Of a DNA stretch of 32,822 nt, positions 1 to 12,800 are shown in pieces. The DNA comes from Klebsormidium nitens (Eukaryota; Plantae; Klebsormidiophyceae), in NCBI GenBank assembly GCA_000708835.1, contig DF237735.1:1-32822 (forward strand). The letters run 5' to 3'. Numbering within the stretch: position 1 is the first letter of the stretch; every line of letters starts with the position of its first letter. Both the position numbers and the translations under genes were made by a program. The notes under the pieces were generated by a model, which made no database searches, had not been told where the DNA came from, and saw only the letters and a list, made by a program, of their open reading frames with translations.

Positions 1-577
1 TCTTGCGAGGTGCGAGTCTCGAGACTCCTCGACTGAATATGGAGCCTCTTCGTGACTCCTAACTAATCAGTCTTTGGGAAGAAGGCAAGAAGACGCAATT
101 TTTCTGAGAGGCGCTCTTGCACAAGGTGATCCCAAGGCGGGCTGAGAAGCTTCGCATGGTTTCCGCACATGTGAAGTAGACAGGCAGCGTGTGACCCTGT
201 CCAACCGTCACAAACGAGGCACTCGGCACACAGGGGGTGGCAAACAGCAGGCAAACGTAGCGGGAGGAAGCGTCAAAGCGCTTGAAGGTGCTAAGTCATG
301 CAGGTGAGAGGATGCAAGGGCGACCGGCCTTGATCGTCACAAGGGAGCGCTGATGTCTCCAAAACACAACTCGCACAAAGTTGGCGAATGAGTCGAATGT
401 TCCTAGGTTATACCGTACCGACAAAGGAATTCACCTTTAAATAATTATTTTGAGGAAAAACGAAAAGTTGGAAACTAAATTGGGCCCCCAGGGCGAAAAC
501 GAGAAACTAGTAAAATAATAGAAAATAGCTCGAATCTTTGTACCTCGAAACCTTTGTACTCGCTGTCGTCGGAATAT

Positions 578-695
578 CTGAGTCGAGTCTAGAGTCGAAG
601 TCGAGTCACTACGGTCTAGTGGTATCGCGCGAAGTCTACACTAGTAGTCTGAGTCTACAGCTAGCCTAGGAAGTCTACAAGTCGCGTGGAGTCGA
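578..695. repeat. Degenerate AGTC(G/T)A micro-repeat array
   Basis: About 11 AGTC occurrences in ~120 bp (gagtcgagtctagagtcgaagtcgagtc...aagtctac...agtctgagtctac...aagtctacaagtcg...gagtcg). Confidence 0.6.
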
Positions 696-1964
696 TGTCG
701 CCATAACCGCCGTGGCTGGACGCGGTTATCAACCGCCGAAATATGTGGTCATACGGTTGAAATATAATCGTAACGGCCGCGCGGCAAATATCAAGCGCAC
801 GCCTGTCAGCAGATATGCCACGTGCTGAAGCTCAGGCTCAGAGGGATCACCCTAGAGCGGCAGGCATGAACTAGGCGCGGGGAATAAAACTAGCTTAGGG
901 CCGAGCCCTTACAGCAACGATAGATCACGGCATGACACACGCCCAAGCCAGCAGAACACGGTATACGTTTGTAAGTTGCTATTGTATAAGGTAGTGTACG
1001 GACAGTAGTACGTTCATGACTGGTCGAGCTAGCTTTTATATTGTGCATGTTGCCAGGAGGCCGTACGGTACGTTATTGAGATTCGGCAGGCCCGCACATG
1101 ACGATCATTGATGGTTGAATTTCATTAAATTCATAATATTCCACCATCTTAGTTTAATCATCCATGCAATTGTTATTTAAGGTTCAAGTTGATACAATAC
1201 ACGTTGGCACTGCAGGCTAGCCTAGTAAACACTGGGCCGTGTACCGTACCGCTTCATCTTCATGAGGCGTCAACCACCGTTTGTTCGATAAAGTTCGTCC
1301 GCGACCTTGAGGGCGGACGGTGACCTTGGTGCATGGCAATATAGCACGTTAGTGGATGGATTCAATGTACATGAGTTGCCAGGTGGGCCGCGCAGATGGT
1401 AACGCTTCTAGAAATGAACGGAAGCCGTTCTCGATCTAAGCTTACGATCCATGCACCTACAATGAGTGATACGGAATGGGCTTCTGAGGCTTGACTTTGT
1501 CATGATTATCCTTGCACCGGCCGCAACCCGCTTACAAGCGGATTGATCGAACTTTGTACGCTGTCAGTGTCAATACAGCCACCAAAGTGTGCTAATTCTG
1601 TAACTACACTTAAATGATTTGATGAGCATACCTATTTCCCGTCCATCTCTTCTCGACCTTCAAAGACCACCACCTTGTCTAGCTCTTTACAGAGTCGCAT
1701 AGATACTCGAATTCGGAACCCGGCCCCCTCCCATCAGACAGCCTAGCCTTGAGTATATAAATCACGTTCGAATTCAATCGCACTGAAAGACTGTCGATGC
1801 TAACGCTTCACTCCTCCTTAGATGCTTGAGGTTCAGGTCTCAGCTTAAGCGTAAATGACACGGTGACATAAATATAGATTGACTCGCGTTGTTGACTCGA
1901 TGATACTTCAATATGCATGAACTTAGAGCTCCTTAGGCCGCCTCTTTCAAGGCACTAGATGGAT

Positions 1965-4900
1965 TTAGATAACGTTCAACACCGTTTGGTTTGCTGCCAG
2001 CTGGTTCCTCGCCGCCCCCGCTGGGTACATGATGGAGTGGATGTTGACGTAGTATTGGGCTGCGAGAAGAAAAGGCATAAGCTATCAGAGCAACTTCAAT
2101 TGCGGAGAGTTGAACGATACTCAATTGATTCCCACTGGACTGAACCATTGGCAGGGTGGAGGGATGACTTGGCCCGCTAAAAGGGCCGGCGATAGCGACG
2201 GAACGCCCGTTGCAAACGGTCTACGATACTAATGCAGAAGGTCAATGATGGGTCCCGGAATAGAAAAAGGGTCGGGGTGCTTCGCTAGGGTGGAAGCATG
2301 GACCCTCCTATTTGCGTAGTCGTAGGTCGGAGCTCAGTAAGCTCATAAAGAGGGCGTCGTGGGACTTGTGCGCTGTGGCAACCAAACGGCACAGATTTTT
2401 AAGACTTTCAGTCGCTAGACGTGGCGCCACATGATCGACTCTCCGGCAACATCAGAGCAGGATTCTCGGGGCAGGGATCGCCGCAAAGGTTAGCTGCCTT
2501 TTTTGGATTTTGTGGAGAAGGCGCGGGCCCCGAGAAGGCAAATGATGACATAGTTTCAAAAAGTACATGTACGGCTCAGAAAAAAAGGGGAAGACTTACA
2601 ACACTTTGAACCTTAGTTCCCAGCCCATCAATCGTATTTCCGCCCTAGAGCCCGAAGTACCCGTACCCGTTCCAGGAAGTGAAATTTATTACAATTGCCT
2701 TGAAATACAGGATTCCAAGACTACGACAAAGGCAGTCACTGACTTGGATTTGCGACAATCGCGGCAAGCGTCGCGGGCGGCGCCGGGGTGCAGCCCGGGG
2801 GTCTGGGAACGCCCGTGAAAAGCGGAACGAGAATCGGTCCCGCCACGCTGGATGTCCCGTTGTGGATGTGGCCCTGGGTTAGGTTAGTGAACGGCCCGCC
2901 AAAGGCCAGCTGGTTGTAACACACCTGCGCAAGCGGGTGGCAAAAAGTCTGGTCTGTTCATGACGAACTTCGCAATTCAATACCGAACCGTTCATCTAGA
3001 ATATTCAACGGAGAAGAATCAAACGGCGGTCGATCAAACGGCCCGCCAGAGGCCAGCTGGTTGTAGCACACATGCGCGATTGGGCGGCAATATTTTGGTC
3101 CCTTCGTAACAACCTTCCTTCCACTGTACATCAAACCGTTACTTTAAAACGGCAAACGATGATCGATCTCCAAAAAGTTCGTGAGATTTTGGGTTTGGGA
3201 GGCGGATTTGCGGTCTCCTCATTTCGACCTTTGAAATCTCCGGCGGACCGCAGACTTGCCCCGGTGGCCGAAACGCTGTCACAGCCGTCCGAATTTTAGC
3301 TAACGAAGCCAGTCTGAGAGCGCGATTTGGGCTCTAGCTAATAGCAACTAAGACCGCCCATTGGAACACTCCTGATTCTAACAATCACGTAGCCAGCAGA
3401 CGTTTCCAGCGCACATTTCAAAGCCAAACTGGGCCAGGGCTGACGTGTGAGCTTGCATCAGCTGCGCCCGGAAGGTTCAGATGCCTCTGGCGAACTCCAG
3501 CTAGTCTCCAATCCATTCAAAACAGTTCTATCAGCAGCATGAAAAGGAGGCCTCCTAAAACGTACCGAGCTGTAGCCGATGGTGAGAATGAGACTGCCGT
3601 TTCTGTCGGTGGGTTTGTCCGTCTCGAGGGAACCATAGAGCTGCATTATAAACGAAGGGCCGAGCTGCGCCCTGCGTGTAGGAGACGACGTCACGTTAAG
3701 ACTTTTCCCTCTCTCGGAGCAAGTCCGAAGTTGTGTTACAGGATAGCTCTTGGATCCGACTATCTTGTAGACTACGGAAGATCGTCCACGTTTGCTACAT
3801 TGAAGCACTTCACTACTGCAATTCTAACCACAAAACCAAGCCCCAGACTTCCAGTATCGAAAAGACTCGTCTCACCTGGCAACCCCTGCGGGATAGTCTG
3901 CGTTGTGTATGTTGAAGTAATACTTCTGCGGGTTCCTGACTAGATCAAACAACACGCCCGAGTCGCTGAAATTGGCGCACGCGTTAGGGTTATACGTCCC
4001 CTGGAACAACGTAATAAGGATAGGGCCCGACTCATTATACGCTCCCCTGTGAATGTGCGCCGCAGAAAACTTCGCGAAGGTTGCACCCGCGTCTATGATC
4101 AGATAGCATATGGTCGTCGGAGTAATGCTGAGAACAGCCGTGAGGTTACCAGGGGAGCCGCTGGCCGTGGAATTGACAACTAGAGCGGGGACCTCGGATG
4201 CTGACGTGGCAAAAAGAGTGAGCGTCGCAGTGTAGTCAGTGGCCTCCACGAGCTGCGCGCGCGCGGCGCCGGCAGGGAACACGGCGGAGTGTACATTCAT
4301 ATAGTGCTCGCCTGCAGAAACAAATTGAAAATCTACGAATCATGCAATTGCTCGCAGATCTGTCTCGGCATGTCGCGGTTGACTGGCGATGCCTGACAGG
4401 CGGTCAGTACTGTTTTGCTGCGGGAATGATAGCGCGTCCGTTTTTGGAAACCAAGGAATCTCTCAAGATGTTGTTGGAGAGTCGAACGTTCCGCTGGGAC
4501 CCTGAAGCTTCTCAAAGGTTGGTTACAGTTGGTTCACAGTAGCCCGTAACAGCGGAAAGGCCTTAGCTGACTTGGATGCTGGGAGAAAGGAGAGGAGAAG
4601 GAACCCCTTTGGCGAAAATTTCCATGACGTTGAATTAAGCCATCGGAGGAGATGACGAGTGAGGGCAATTAGTGCGCTTGCTTGAGAGCAGTCAGAGTCT
4701 TTAAATTTCTGTCTCTCTATCCGTTCTGTGTGAAGAAGTGCCCCTGAAATAAAGGGTTATGCAGTTGCAGAAGAGAAGGCCAGTCGCCAGCAGAATGGTA
4801 AGTCTCGCAATTTCCGAAAAGCGACAGGCCTGAATTATCAAGGACGTCAAATCCGAAGGCGGGCAGCGCCAAGGGTTCTGGTGAGATCGAGTGATGCGCT

Positions 4901-7900
4901 TTGGTTTTTGTCCTTATCCCCTGTTTTCCAGGAGCTTCGGTATGCAGAAAGAACGGCCGAAGTTCACAGAAGGCGAGACCGCGGAGCTAAGCAGCAATGT
5001 CAAGAACATCGTCCACATCTCGTTTCGCTCTTCAGGTAGAGTATCTTTCGATCGAACCAATGGCTGAAGTTCAAAGGCGCACGATAGAGGCTTACCAGGA
5101 AAATCAAGGACGTCGGCAGTGATTGCTGGGTTGAGGTTTCCGGTGCAGTTAGTCGGGCTCGGGACTCCAGAGAAGAGAGGGATCAGAATTGGCCCGGCAG
5201 ACGCCTTATCTCCGTCGTGGATGTGGCCCTGGGTTAGGTTGCCTAACCCGTTACTAACCGACAGGCCTGAGTAACAGACCTGTACAGCAAACCAAATGCT
5301 TTATTCGGGGTTAAAGCCGCGCCAGAGACTTGTCCGAGTCGCAAACCTAGCCAGCGCAACTCACTTGGCGAGGAAGGTGCTTAAGGAGTAATGCAGAATC
5401 ATTATGCTTTTTTTCTTTCAGAAGATTCGAGGTTTTTCCGGACGCTGACCATTCACGATTGCGTCTCCTAAGTTACAAAAGTCAAGGGCCAGGTTCTCAT
5501 CAAACGAGAGCCAAGACGCGAGCAGACTTCCATCCAATGCATGTTCCAACCATGTGGGACAATGCGAAAGACTTCAACTTTTTTTATTCATATGTACTTA
5601 CATAGGTGTCTCCAATCGTGACCAAAGCGACGCCGGTGACGGTGCTGTTGTTCGGCGGCACTTCATTGCTCCCCAACAAGTTCACCTTGAACGTGCGTCC
5701 CAGCTGACCCCTGCACAAGGAAAGGACGGGTTGACCACCTTGTTGGGACTTAATGGAGCTCAGGTGAACAAAGTCCGGATGTAGGCGTAGTCAGGAACTG
5801 GTTGAGAGAAGATTTCGACTTGGAGGCAGTCTGTGTTAACCCATGCCCAGACTGGTCAACTTCATAAGGTGGCCCCCAGCTGCCAGGGGAGGACCAGGTC
5901 TACAAACCTGGTTAGCATCAGGTTAAACGAAGGTCAAATTTGCCTAGCTTGTTGTAAGCTTCGACAGCTTCTTACAGCGGTCATCTCCAAAGTGCTGCCC
6001 AACTGATTTTGGGACTGAAATTTTCTTTGACATGCACAAGCTAGGGCTGGGACCTGGTCGCGGAGTTAACATTAACAAATTGATATCCCTTTTTGCTATG
6101 GATGTTACCTCTTCAGCATGGTTTAGAGAAAATCCATCTCGACTTTCTGTCTTAGCCTACCAACTCATCACTCCCTCTGTCTTTGTGTTGGTCTGTTTCC
6201 TCTCCCCTCGAATATTAATGTCAGAAGATGGAGGAAACAACAAGAACACTCAGACTTCTGCTGTGTTCATATCTAGCACCAATTTGACTAGCAGCGCGAC
6301 ATCGGAACGCTTGAGCGATGGAGCCAAATCACCGCGGGATGAAGCATGCTCAGGAGGCGGCAGAAATGTGTGTAATGAGAGTAACATTGAAGTCTCTCAG
6401 CCAGCCTTTAGGCACGTGCGTATGTGACACTTCCGCCAATCTGCTCCTTGCCTACATTCCTCACACTTTGAAAGGCCAGCCGCCCAAAGTAGCTTGTGTG
6501 TTGAGATCACAAAACGATGAACATGTAAGGAACGGACGAGGACAAAATATCACCTTCCCCTAAGGCTGCTACATGCCCTATAGCTGCAACATACCCGACA
6601 CAAGTTCCCCAGGACAATACACATTTGCGACACAATCAGACTCTTCCACCCCGGAAGGTACTTAGGAATGAGGAGAAATAGGCAAAAATGAGAAACAGCT
6701 CACCTGAACGCCCCCGCAGGCTGTGCCACTGTGTGCGCGTTGAAATAGTATGCGCTCGGGTTTGCCAGTATCTTATCGACTGACGCTGTCGGGATTATGA
6801 CGCATGCCCTGAGCACAGCTGGCGTCGTCGCATTGGCCGTAAATAAACCCACATATATTGGTCCTGAGACATTGCTTGCTCCCACATGAATGTGAGCAGC
6901 CGTCAGGTTGACAGCTGGCAACACGTTGCTGATGTCATAGCAGATGCTGGTTGACGTAAAGGTCAAGACAACCAGAGCGGTGGTTGTGGTGTTTGCGGTG
7001 ATGGGGAACTCAGATTTGGAGCTTGCGTATATGACCTGGGTTTGGGTGTAACCCGATTGCAGGAGGGCTAACCCTGCAGAAACAGATGATAAGACTTGTA
7101 AGAATGAAATCGACTTTTCTTTAAACCGCCTTGCCCTGGTTAGAGGACGTGGGTAGGCCCTCCTTACAGTTCGCTCCATGGAATGATCGCTCCAGGTGAA
7201 TCTTGTGGGGATACCCTAGCTTTTGGAACTGCAAGTCGAACCTGTGGATCAGCCATGAAGTGAATGGTCCTAAGAGGGGGTTAGAGGCTACCCTTGAAAG
7301 CACAGATCACTCACCAGAAGTGATCACTGCCTAACAAGAGAAATTTATTGCATACTGAAAATGACCCAACGGTTCAGGAGAGCAGAAAGTATGAAGCACC
7401 CTGATAAATAGCAGACACAGGTATCACAGTGCAAGACATCCTCGTGGATCCTTATTTTCTGAGACTTGCGAGGGTAATATGATAGAGTGTAAAGGCAAGG
7501 CGCATTTCGACCATGATTTAGCCTTGCGTTGATCATGAATACAGCCAAAACGCTCTGTTGCAAGCAGGGGGATCACTGCCTGCATTATCTGCCCAATGCC
7601 TTGCGCTTATACTGACCAATGCTTAGCCACTCAGAGTGCCCAAAGCAGGCACCAAGATTTATCAGGTGCAGCTCCAAAGTTGAGTCAGTGTACATACAGG
7701 TAATGCTGCACATTAAAGAAGGTCCAGAAGAAACAGAAGCCCAGCCACAGATGAGCATTATTGCTGTATCATGTATTAGTGCATGTTGTGCTGTAAGTCC
7801 CATCTATTTCCGAACAATGGGGCAAATGTGGTATGCAGGGACATGATACCACAGGTCCACATGTGGGTGCATTATGCAAAAGTGCTAAGCCTCCTTCCCT

Positions 7901-8242
7901 CAACTTGTTGGACACACAAACCCCTCAAATAACTTGCATTTCTTGAGCTGGGCGACAATCACCAAGCATAATGTCGAGACAGCCTGTCAACCTGTATGCG
8001 AGGGGATTGATATTTACGCAACACGGTGTTGGGCTTTTGTCTACACTCTTTGATTCTGTGAGGCACCCTTGTCTTGTGAACCAAACTCAGGTGCCCCTTT
8101 CAAGGATCAGAAAACCAGACGAAGAAGGAAACGAGAAGCGGGCATCAAAAGGACAAGGTAATGCAATGCCGAGCAAGTGGACCTTACCAGGGCTTGCCGC
8201 AGCAAGAAGGAGAACGGCGAGGAGGGGACTGAAGGACACCAT
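1965..8242 (-). CDS. Secreted protein with four tandem CHRD domains (8 exons, 511 aa)
   Basis: Hand-spliced exons (minus strand): 8242-8188, 7073-6704, 5710-5602, 5279-5096, 4311-3876, 3671-3566, 2924-2744, 2059-1965. All introns are GT-AG and phases are compatible (1,2,0,1,2,0,1), total 1536 nt ending in TAA. The N-terminus MVSFSPLLAVLLLAAASPG is signal-peptide-like. Four repeats each carry the CHRD hallmarks (A/Q)(A/G)HIH-x-G...GP(I)...L, Y(F/M/V)NxH...P(A)G..R(G/A/N)QL. Confidence 0.9.
2890..3100 (-). repeat. ~147-bp-period tandem duplication of the intron 6/exon 7 boundary of the CHRD gene
   Basis: 2890-2954 (aacggcccgccaaaggccagctggttgtaacacacctgcgc...tggtc) and 3037-3100 (aacggcccgccagaggccagctggttgtagcacacatgcgc...tggtc) align with few mismatches. 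The upstream copy has AT in place of the acceptor AG. Confidence 0.9.
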
Positions 8243-9875
8243 TGTTACACAGAAGCAGAACCCCTAACAACAACCACTTCTAGATTGAAATGGCCAGAGT
8301 AGTCCGGCCTAACGGGTTTTGATGAATAGGGCGCCCCTTTTCCCTGCCCTTCTGTTGCAGACCGTTTCAGCTAGCACACGTTTCAGCTTGCAGGCTGGCT
8401 TTGGCTTCCTGAACATTTACCTTGGCTGAAGAGAGACCCTTCGAGAACGATTCGGAAGCATTTCAAGCCAAGAATAAGGACACTTTTGAGCTGAAGAGCT
8501 GGCTCAAGAGGCGTTTCTTGGGACTAAATCTGGAGTCCATTGAGCATGAAGCAAAGTACCTATGTACGGTAGACAAGACTGTCCAGTGTGCAGCAAGGGG
8601 TTCAATTCTTTCAAGTCGCACGCGATATGTTCGGGTGGAGGAATTTAGGCGTTCAATAAACCCGATTGCATCGGAGGGTTTGGACCGTTTGGTGACGTCG
8701 GCTACCGGCTTTTGTGTTGTCTGAGTAGGTATACTACCGGTATGAAGGTGGGATTTACGCGAGGCTACGAGCCCGGTGATTTAAAGGTCTCTTATCAAGA
8801 GCCAAAGTAGAAGACCGTTTTGCAAGACGGCGGCCTCAGCGGCAATAGTCTCGGCAATCTTGTTTCTGGGTTACCTAATAACCAAGCCTCTGCGTAGCGG
8901 TACGGCTTCCGCTCAAATCGACGTCGGTGACATTTATGACGGGGTGCATATGTCAGTCGCATCCACAGCCGACGGTTTTCCCACCAAGGTCCATTCGATG
9001 GATAGTGGGGGCATTGAAGAAACTCATCTGCGGAGTGTGAAAAGGCACTCTGTACGGTAGCCAGAGAATCTTCTGACGTAACCGGGATGGAGCCCCGGGT
9101 TGCCGTGATCCACATCCTCCGTCTTGCTTACGTCACTCGAGATTCCGTCGGGTGCGGCCGCCCCCGGGCCAGCATCACAGCTCTGTACCAGGATGCAGCA
9201 CCAGGCTGCATGAGCACTCGTTTACGGGACGTAGGCAGGCCAGACGCATGATAGGCCAGTTCAGGGGGCCAGCAGTTCTTCAGTACTGTTCAACTGTTTA
9301 CAGCTGCAGCACGCTTAAAATCAAAGCGGCGCTCCGGTCCACCATGAAACGTCCTCAAATCAGTTAAGTTCTGCCACCGCGTGTACCTGGGATGCTTCAA
9401 GCAGCCACCGGGCATGTACTCTATGCTTATTGCATCAGCTGTGTATTAGGGCGAACGCGACGCGCGCTGCAGCCACTCTGGCCGGCACGCCAGCGACATG
9501 GTCATGCGCTATGTCACCCGCATCTTATGGGAGCCGGCCCGTCAGTCGAATCAATTAATGAGAAATCAATGACCAGGCCCGGGTCTGCTGACTGAAGTAC
9601 AGCTTGCTTCAACACTCAACTGTCAATCTAGTAGCTGTGCTCTCATGAACTCTTCTGGCGGTTGATTGATTGACGTACATACCGTGTGAGCTCGCCTGCG
9701 CGCCAACAGGTCGATCGCGACAAAAGCCGATCGAGGTGCGATCGGTGCAATGATGACCATATATTTGACTGCCGCAATACTAGTGGTCGACTTCCAGAAT
9801 GCAATATATTCCTATCATTCCCATTCCGTCATCACACATTGGTTCGGCCTAAGCTGTTCGACAGCAGTGACTAGG

Positions 9876-12800
9876 CTAAGCATTTTCTGCTGGCTCCGCA
9901 TTCCTCAAGTAAGCTCCGAACTGCGTCCACTGGGCAGTTGCATACGCGAGTCCCACTCGAGCTGCGCCGGTAAGTAACGCAGCTGCGCCACCCAGCTTTG
10001 CAGCGTTGATCGCGGCGCGCGGGTGTCGTTTGTGAAGGGCGAACGCGCCCACTCTGGCGAGCGTCATTGCCGTACACGTGGCAGCACCTCGAAGTCTCGC
10101 TTCTGTACCAGCTCGTTCTGCGCTCGCTTCCATTTTCGCCTTCAGATTGGCCGACTTCTGAATGAAACGAAGGACACACGTTCATTAGCAAGGGCGCACG
10201 CCGAAAAGCATTTGCAGATTGTCCAGTCAGCCGTGATTCTGAGACTCCGACTTCGATGACATCAAGAACTTATTTGCGCATAAATGGCAGCATAATTGAT
10301 ATGCGTCACGGTTTTGCCGTTCACAACCTTTGCTTATATGTTGTGACAAATGCTCGTTCCGACTCGAGCTCAGCACAGTACTCCTTCATTCGATTGCGTT
10401 AACCCAAATGTACTTTGAGTAATGCCTCCTATATGATCGAATGATGCCTCCAATATGATCGAATGATTCGTCAAACTCAGGACCTGGCTCTTTTCCGTCC
10501 AAGCCAGCTATTGATAGGTATCGCTTTAATGGTGACCGGCGAGGTCGGACGTGATTGGTTTCTGCTTCTTCCGTTCTGAAAAACGATTCGTTTGTAGGTT
10601 TCAAAAGGGGTCAAATAGCCCCTCAGTACCAAAATTACACCCAAGTCTGGTTCGCCAAGAAAGCACGTTTGTACTGACCGTCCTACGTTGTCCGCTTGTT
10701 CGATTCACTGGAATTACCTACCTGATTGCTTTCTTCCAGCTCTGCTTCTCGCCTGCGTTCCCACAGCACGCTCCCCTCGTTCGAGATGTGGTTAAAGAGC
10801 GTCTCCTCAGGAAAGTGCTTTTGGATGCCAGGGACGTGAGCCGCTCCGACCACCGCCACGATCGTCTTGGACATGAACGAACATTGAGCCAGTTCCTGAA
10901 GGAAGTATATCGTCAAAGATGAGTCAGAAGACGTTAGGGCTGCAACTTGATCGAAGAGGCAGAGCGAAAGGTGCACATACGATGCAAGGGAACGGCCACA
11001 ATCTGTGGGTACATCGAAAGTCTTTACGGGCGAGTCGGCGAAACTGAGAGTTGTCTAGCTTGAAGTAGAAGCTTTCGGATGGCCACAACATTCTAGACGT
11101 TACTAGAATCGGCAGGCCCGTATTTCGACTCGTTAAGTGAGCTGTCCATTCGGAACTTAAGATGCTCGCCCAAAGACTGTGAGAGGCCTTCGCAAACGGC
11201 CCAGTGCAACCCGGTAAAACTCCTTTCAAAGAAACTTCCGGGAAACTTACGCCTGCCATATAGAGGTCCCGCTCCCCCAGAAGCGCATGCAGGGCCTTTG
11301 GGTTGCTGGCCAATAGTACGTCGGAATTCCCAAGGTCATCGTCGGCACGTAATTTTGCAAGCTCCTTGTTCTGGTATGAGCGGTACGTGGCTTGATCAGC
11401 CATTGAGGGGGGGCGACCTGTGGTGAGGAGCTCGTTTTTCTCTCTGTGATGAATTTCGGGCCTTATCCGGGCCGTTCATACTCAGTCAGGTACGGAGAAC
11501 CCGGAAGCAGGGTTGCCAGTAAGAAAGTCGGGCACATTAGACCGGGGAAGCATACGTAAGCACCCTTGAAGAAGCTTGGCTAATAGATCTTGAATAAGAA
11601 GAATTATACGCACCTCTAGGAATCGTATGAAAGCAGCGGACAACCTGGTGATTTTGAGCGCTGAGAGCACAATTCTTTTTTAAAAGGGGCAGGTCAACAT
11701 ATGCACCTTGGCGGAAAGCTCGAAACAGTCTTCCGAAGGCTTTACTGGCTACAATATCGTCGTCGTCGTCCTGCAGAAAACGAATTAACGTTTCAATAAG
11801 CCGTGTTGTAACTTTTGTCAGGATTTTATTTATCCGTCCTAGCGAGCACGACGTGCGTTCATCCTGGAATCCACAGAGATGATGAGGAGTTAGGCATTTT
11901 GCTGGCTTGACGAAAAACAAGGGAGGATGTGTTCAGATTCCTTCTGCTGCACTCCCTTTTAGGTCTTCAAATATAGCCAGCTTCTGCAATTGCGTGCTGT
12001 GTGCATTTCTAAAAAAATGCTTGGAACCGAAAGCCTTTCTGGCTTGGTAAGCGAAGAACGTTGCCGCTGTCCAGGCAATCATCACCTTCTTCTCTGAATC
12101 CAGTGCGACGAAGTCAGGGTTCCCCCGATTGGAAAGATAAGCCTCCGCTAGAAAGTGAAGGATCCAGCTCCTATTCTCGTAGGCGCTCGACATCACATAT
12201 AGAAAGGAACCAAAGTGCCGCTCCACGAACGTAAGCTCCGCATCGATCTTGCACGGGTGACCGACATGTCCCTGCAGCACCGGTTGAAAATCTGGTATAG
12301 CCGTTTGCTCCAGTGGGTAGCTACTACGAATAGTAAAGAAGGCAATAATGTGAAGGAGTTTCGTTGGCGACCCGCGTCGGGCGACACACTCGGCTCGACA
12401 TTGAACAGTACGGAGTTGAACACCAAACATCGGTCGCTTCCCAATCCAGTCGTGCCGTTCAGTCAACAGGCGAGGCTACTACGCTCAGACCTCCTTGTAG
12501 AAGAAGGCATATTACGAAGGCAGAACAGCAGTAAGCGCCGATGGAAGGCAATGACATTAGCTGGAGCATTCAAAGGTCGCTTGCTAATTTGTGCGCCGGC
12601 AAGTTGAGGCTTACTGGTCGATAAGTCTTATGGCCTTGACACCGGGAGTTTGATGGGCTGTGTGGACGGCCGAAAGCAGGTCGCATGGGTAGTCCACTCC
12701 AAGAGACTGCAACACCGAAAAGAGCATTAGAAGGTATACATGTGAAACCAGTTCCAGTTGTTATGGTTCTAGCATGGGACATCAACACTAATTTGGGTGG

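Noticed and set aside
63-254. Cys/His-rich ORF (CHPLCAECLVCDG...CLLHMCGNH) suggestive of a zinc finger
   Set aside because: Spacing matches no RING/PHD/ZZ pattern I can verify, it starts at a non-ATG codon, and I found no supporting splice chain.
3458-3943. ORFs 3458-3808 (-) and 3539-3943 (+) as independent genes
   Set aside because: The minus ORF is CHRD exon 6 plus intron read-through. The plus ORF is its antisense shadow.
1965-8242. Calling the four-CHRD gene 'chordin'
   Set aside because: It lacks the cysteine-rich VWC domains that define chordin and bind BMP. Only the CHRD repeats are shared.
8795-9115. 106-aa ORF upstream of the CHRD gene
   Set aside because: No recognisable motif, competing ORFs on both strands, and it lies in probable promoter/UTR space.
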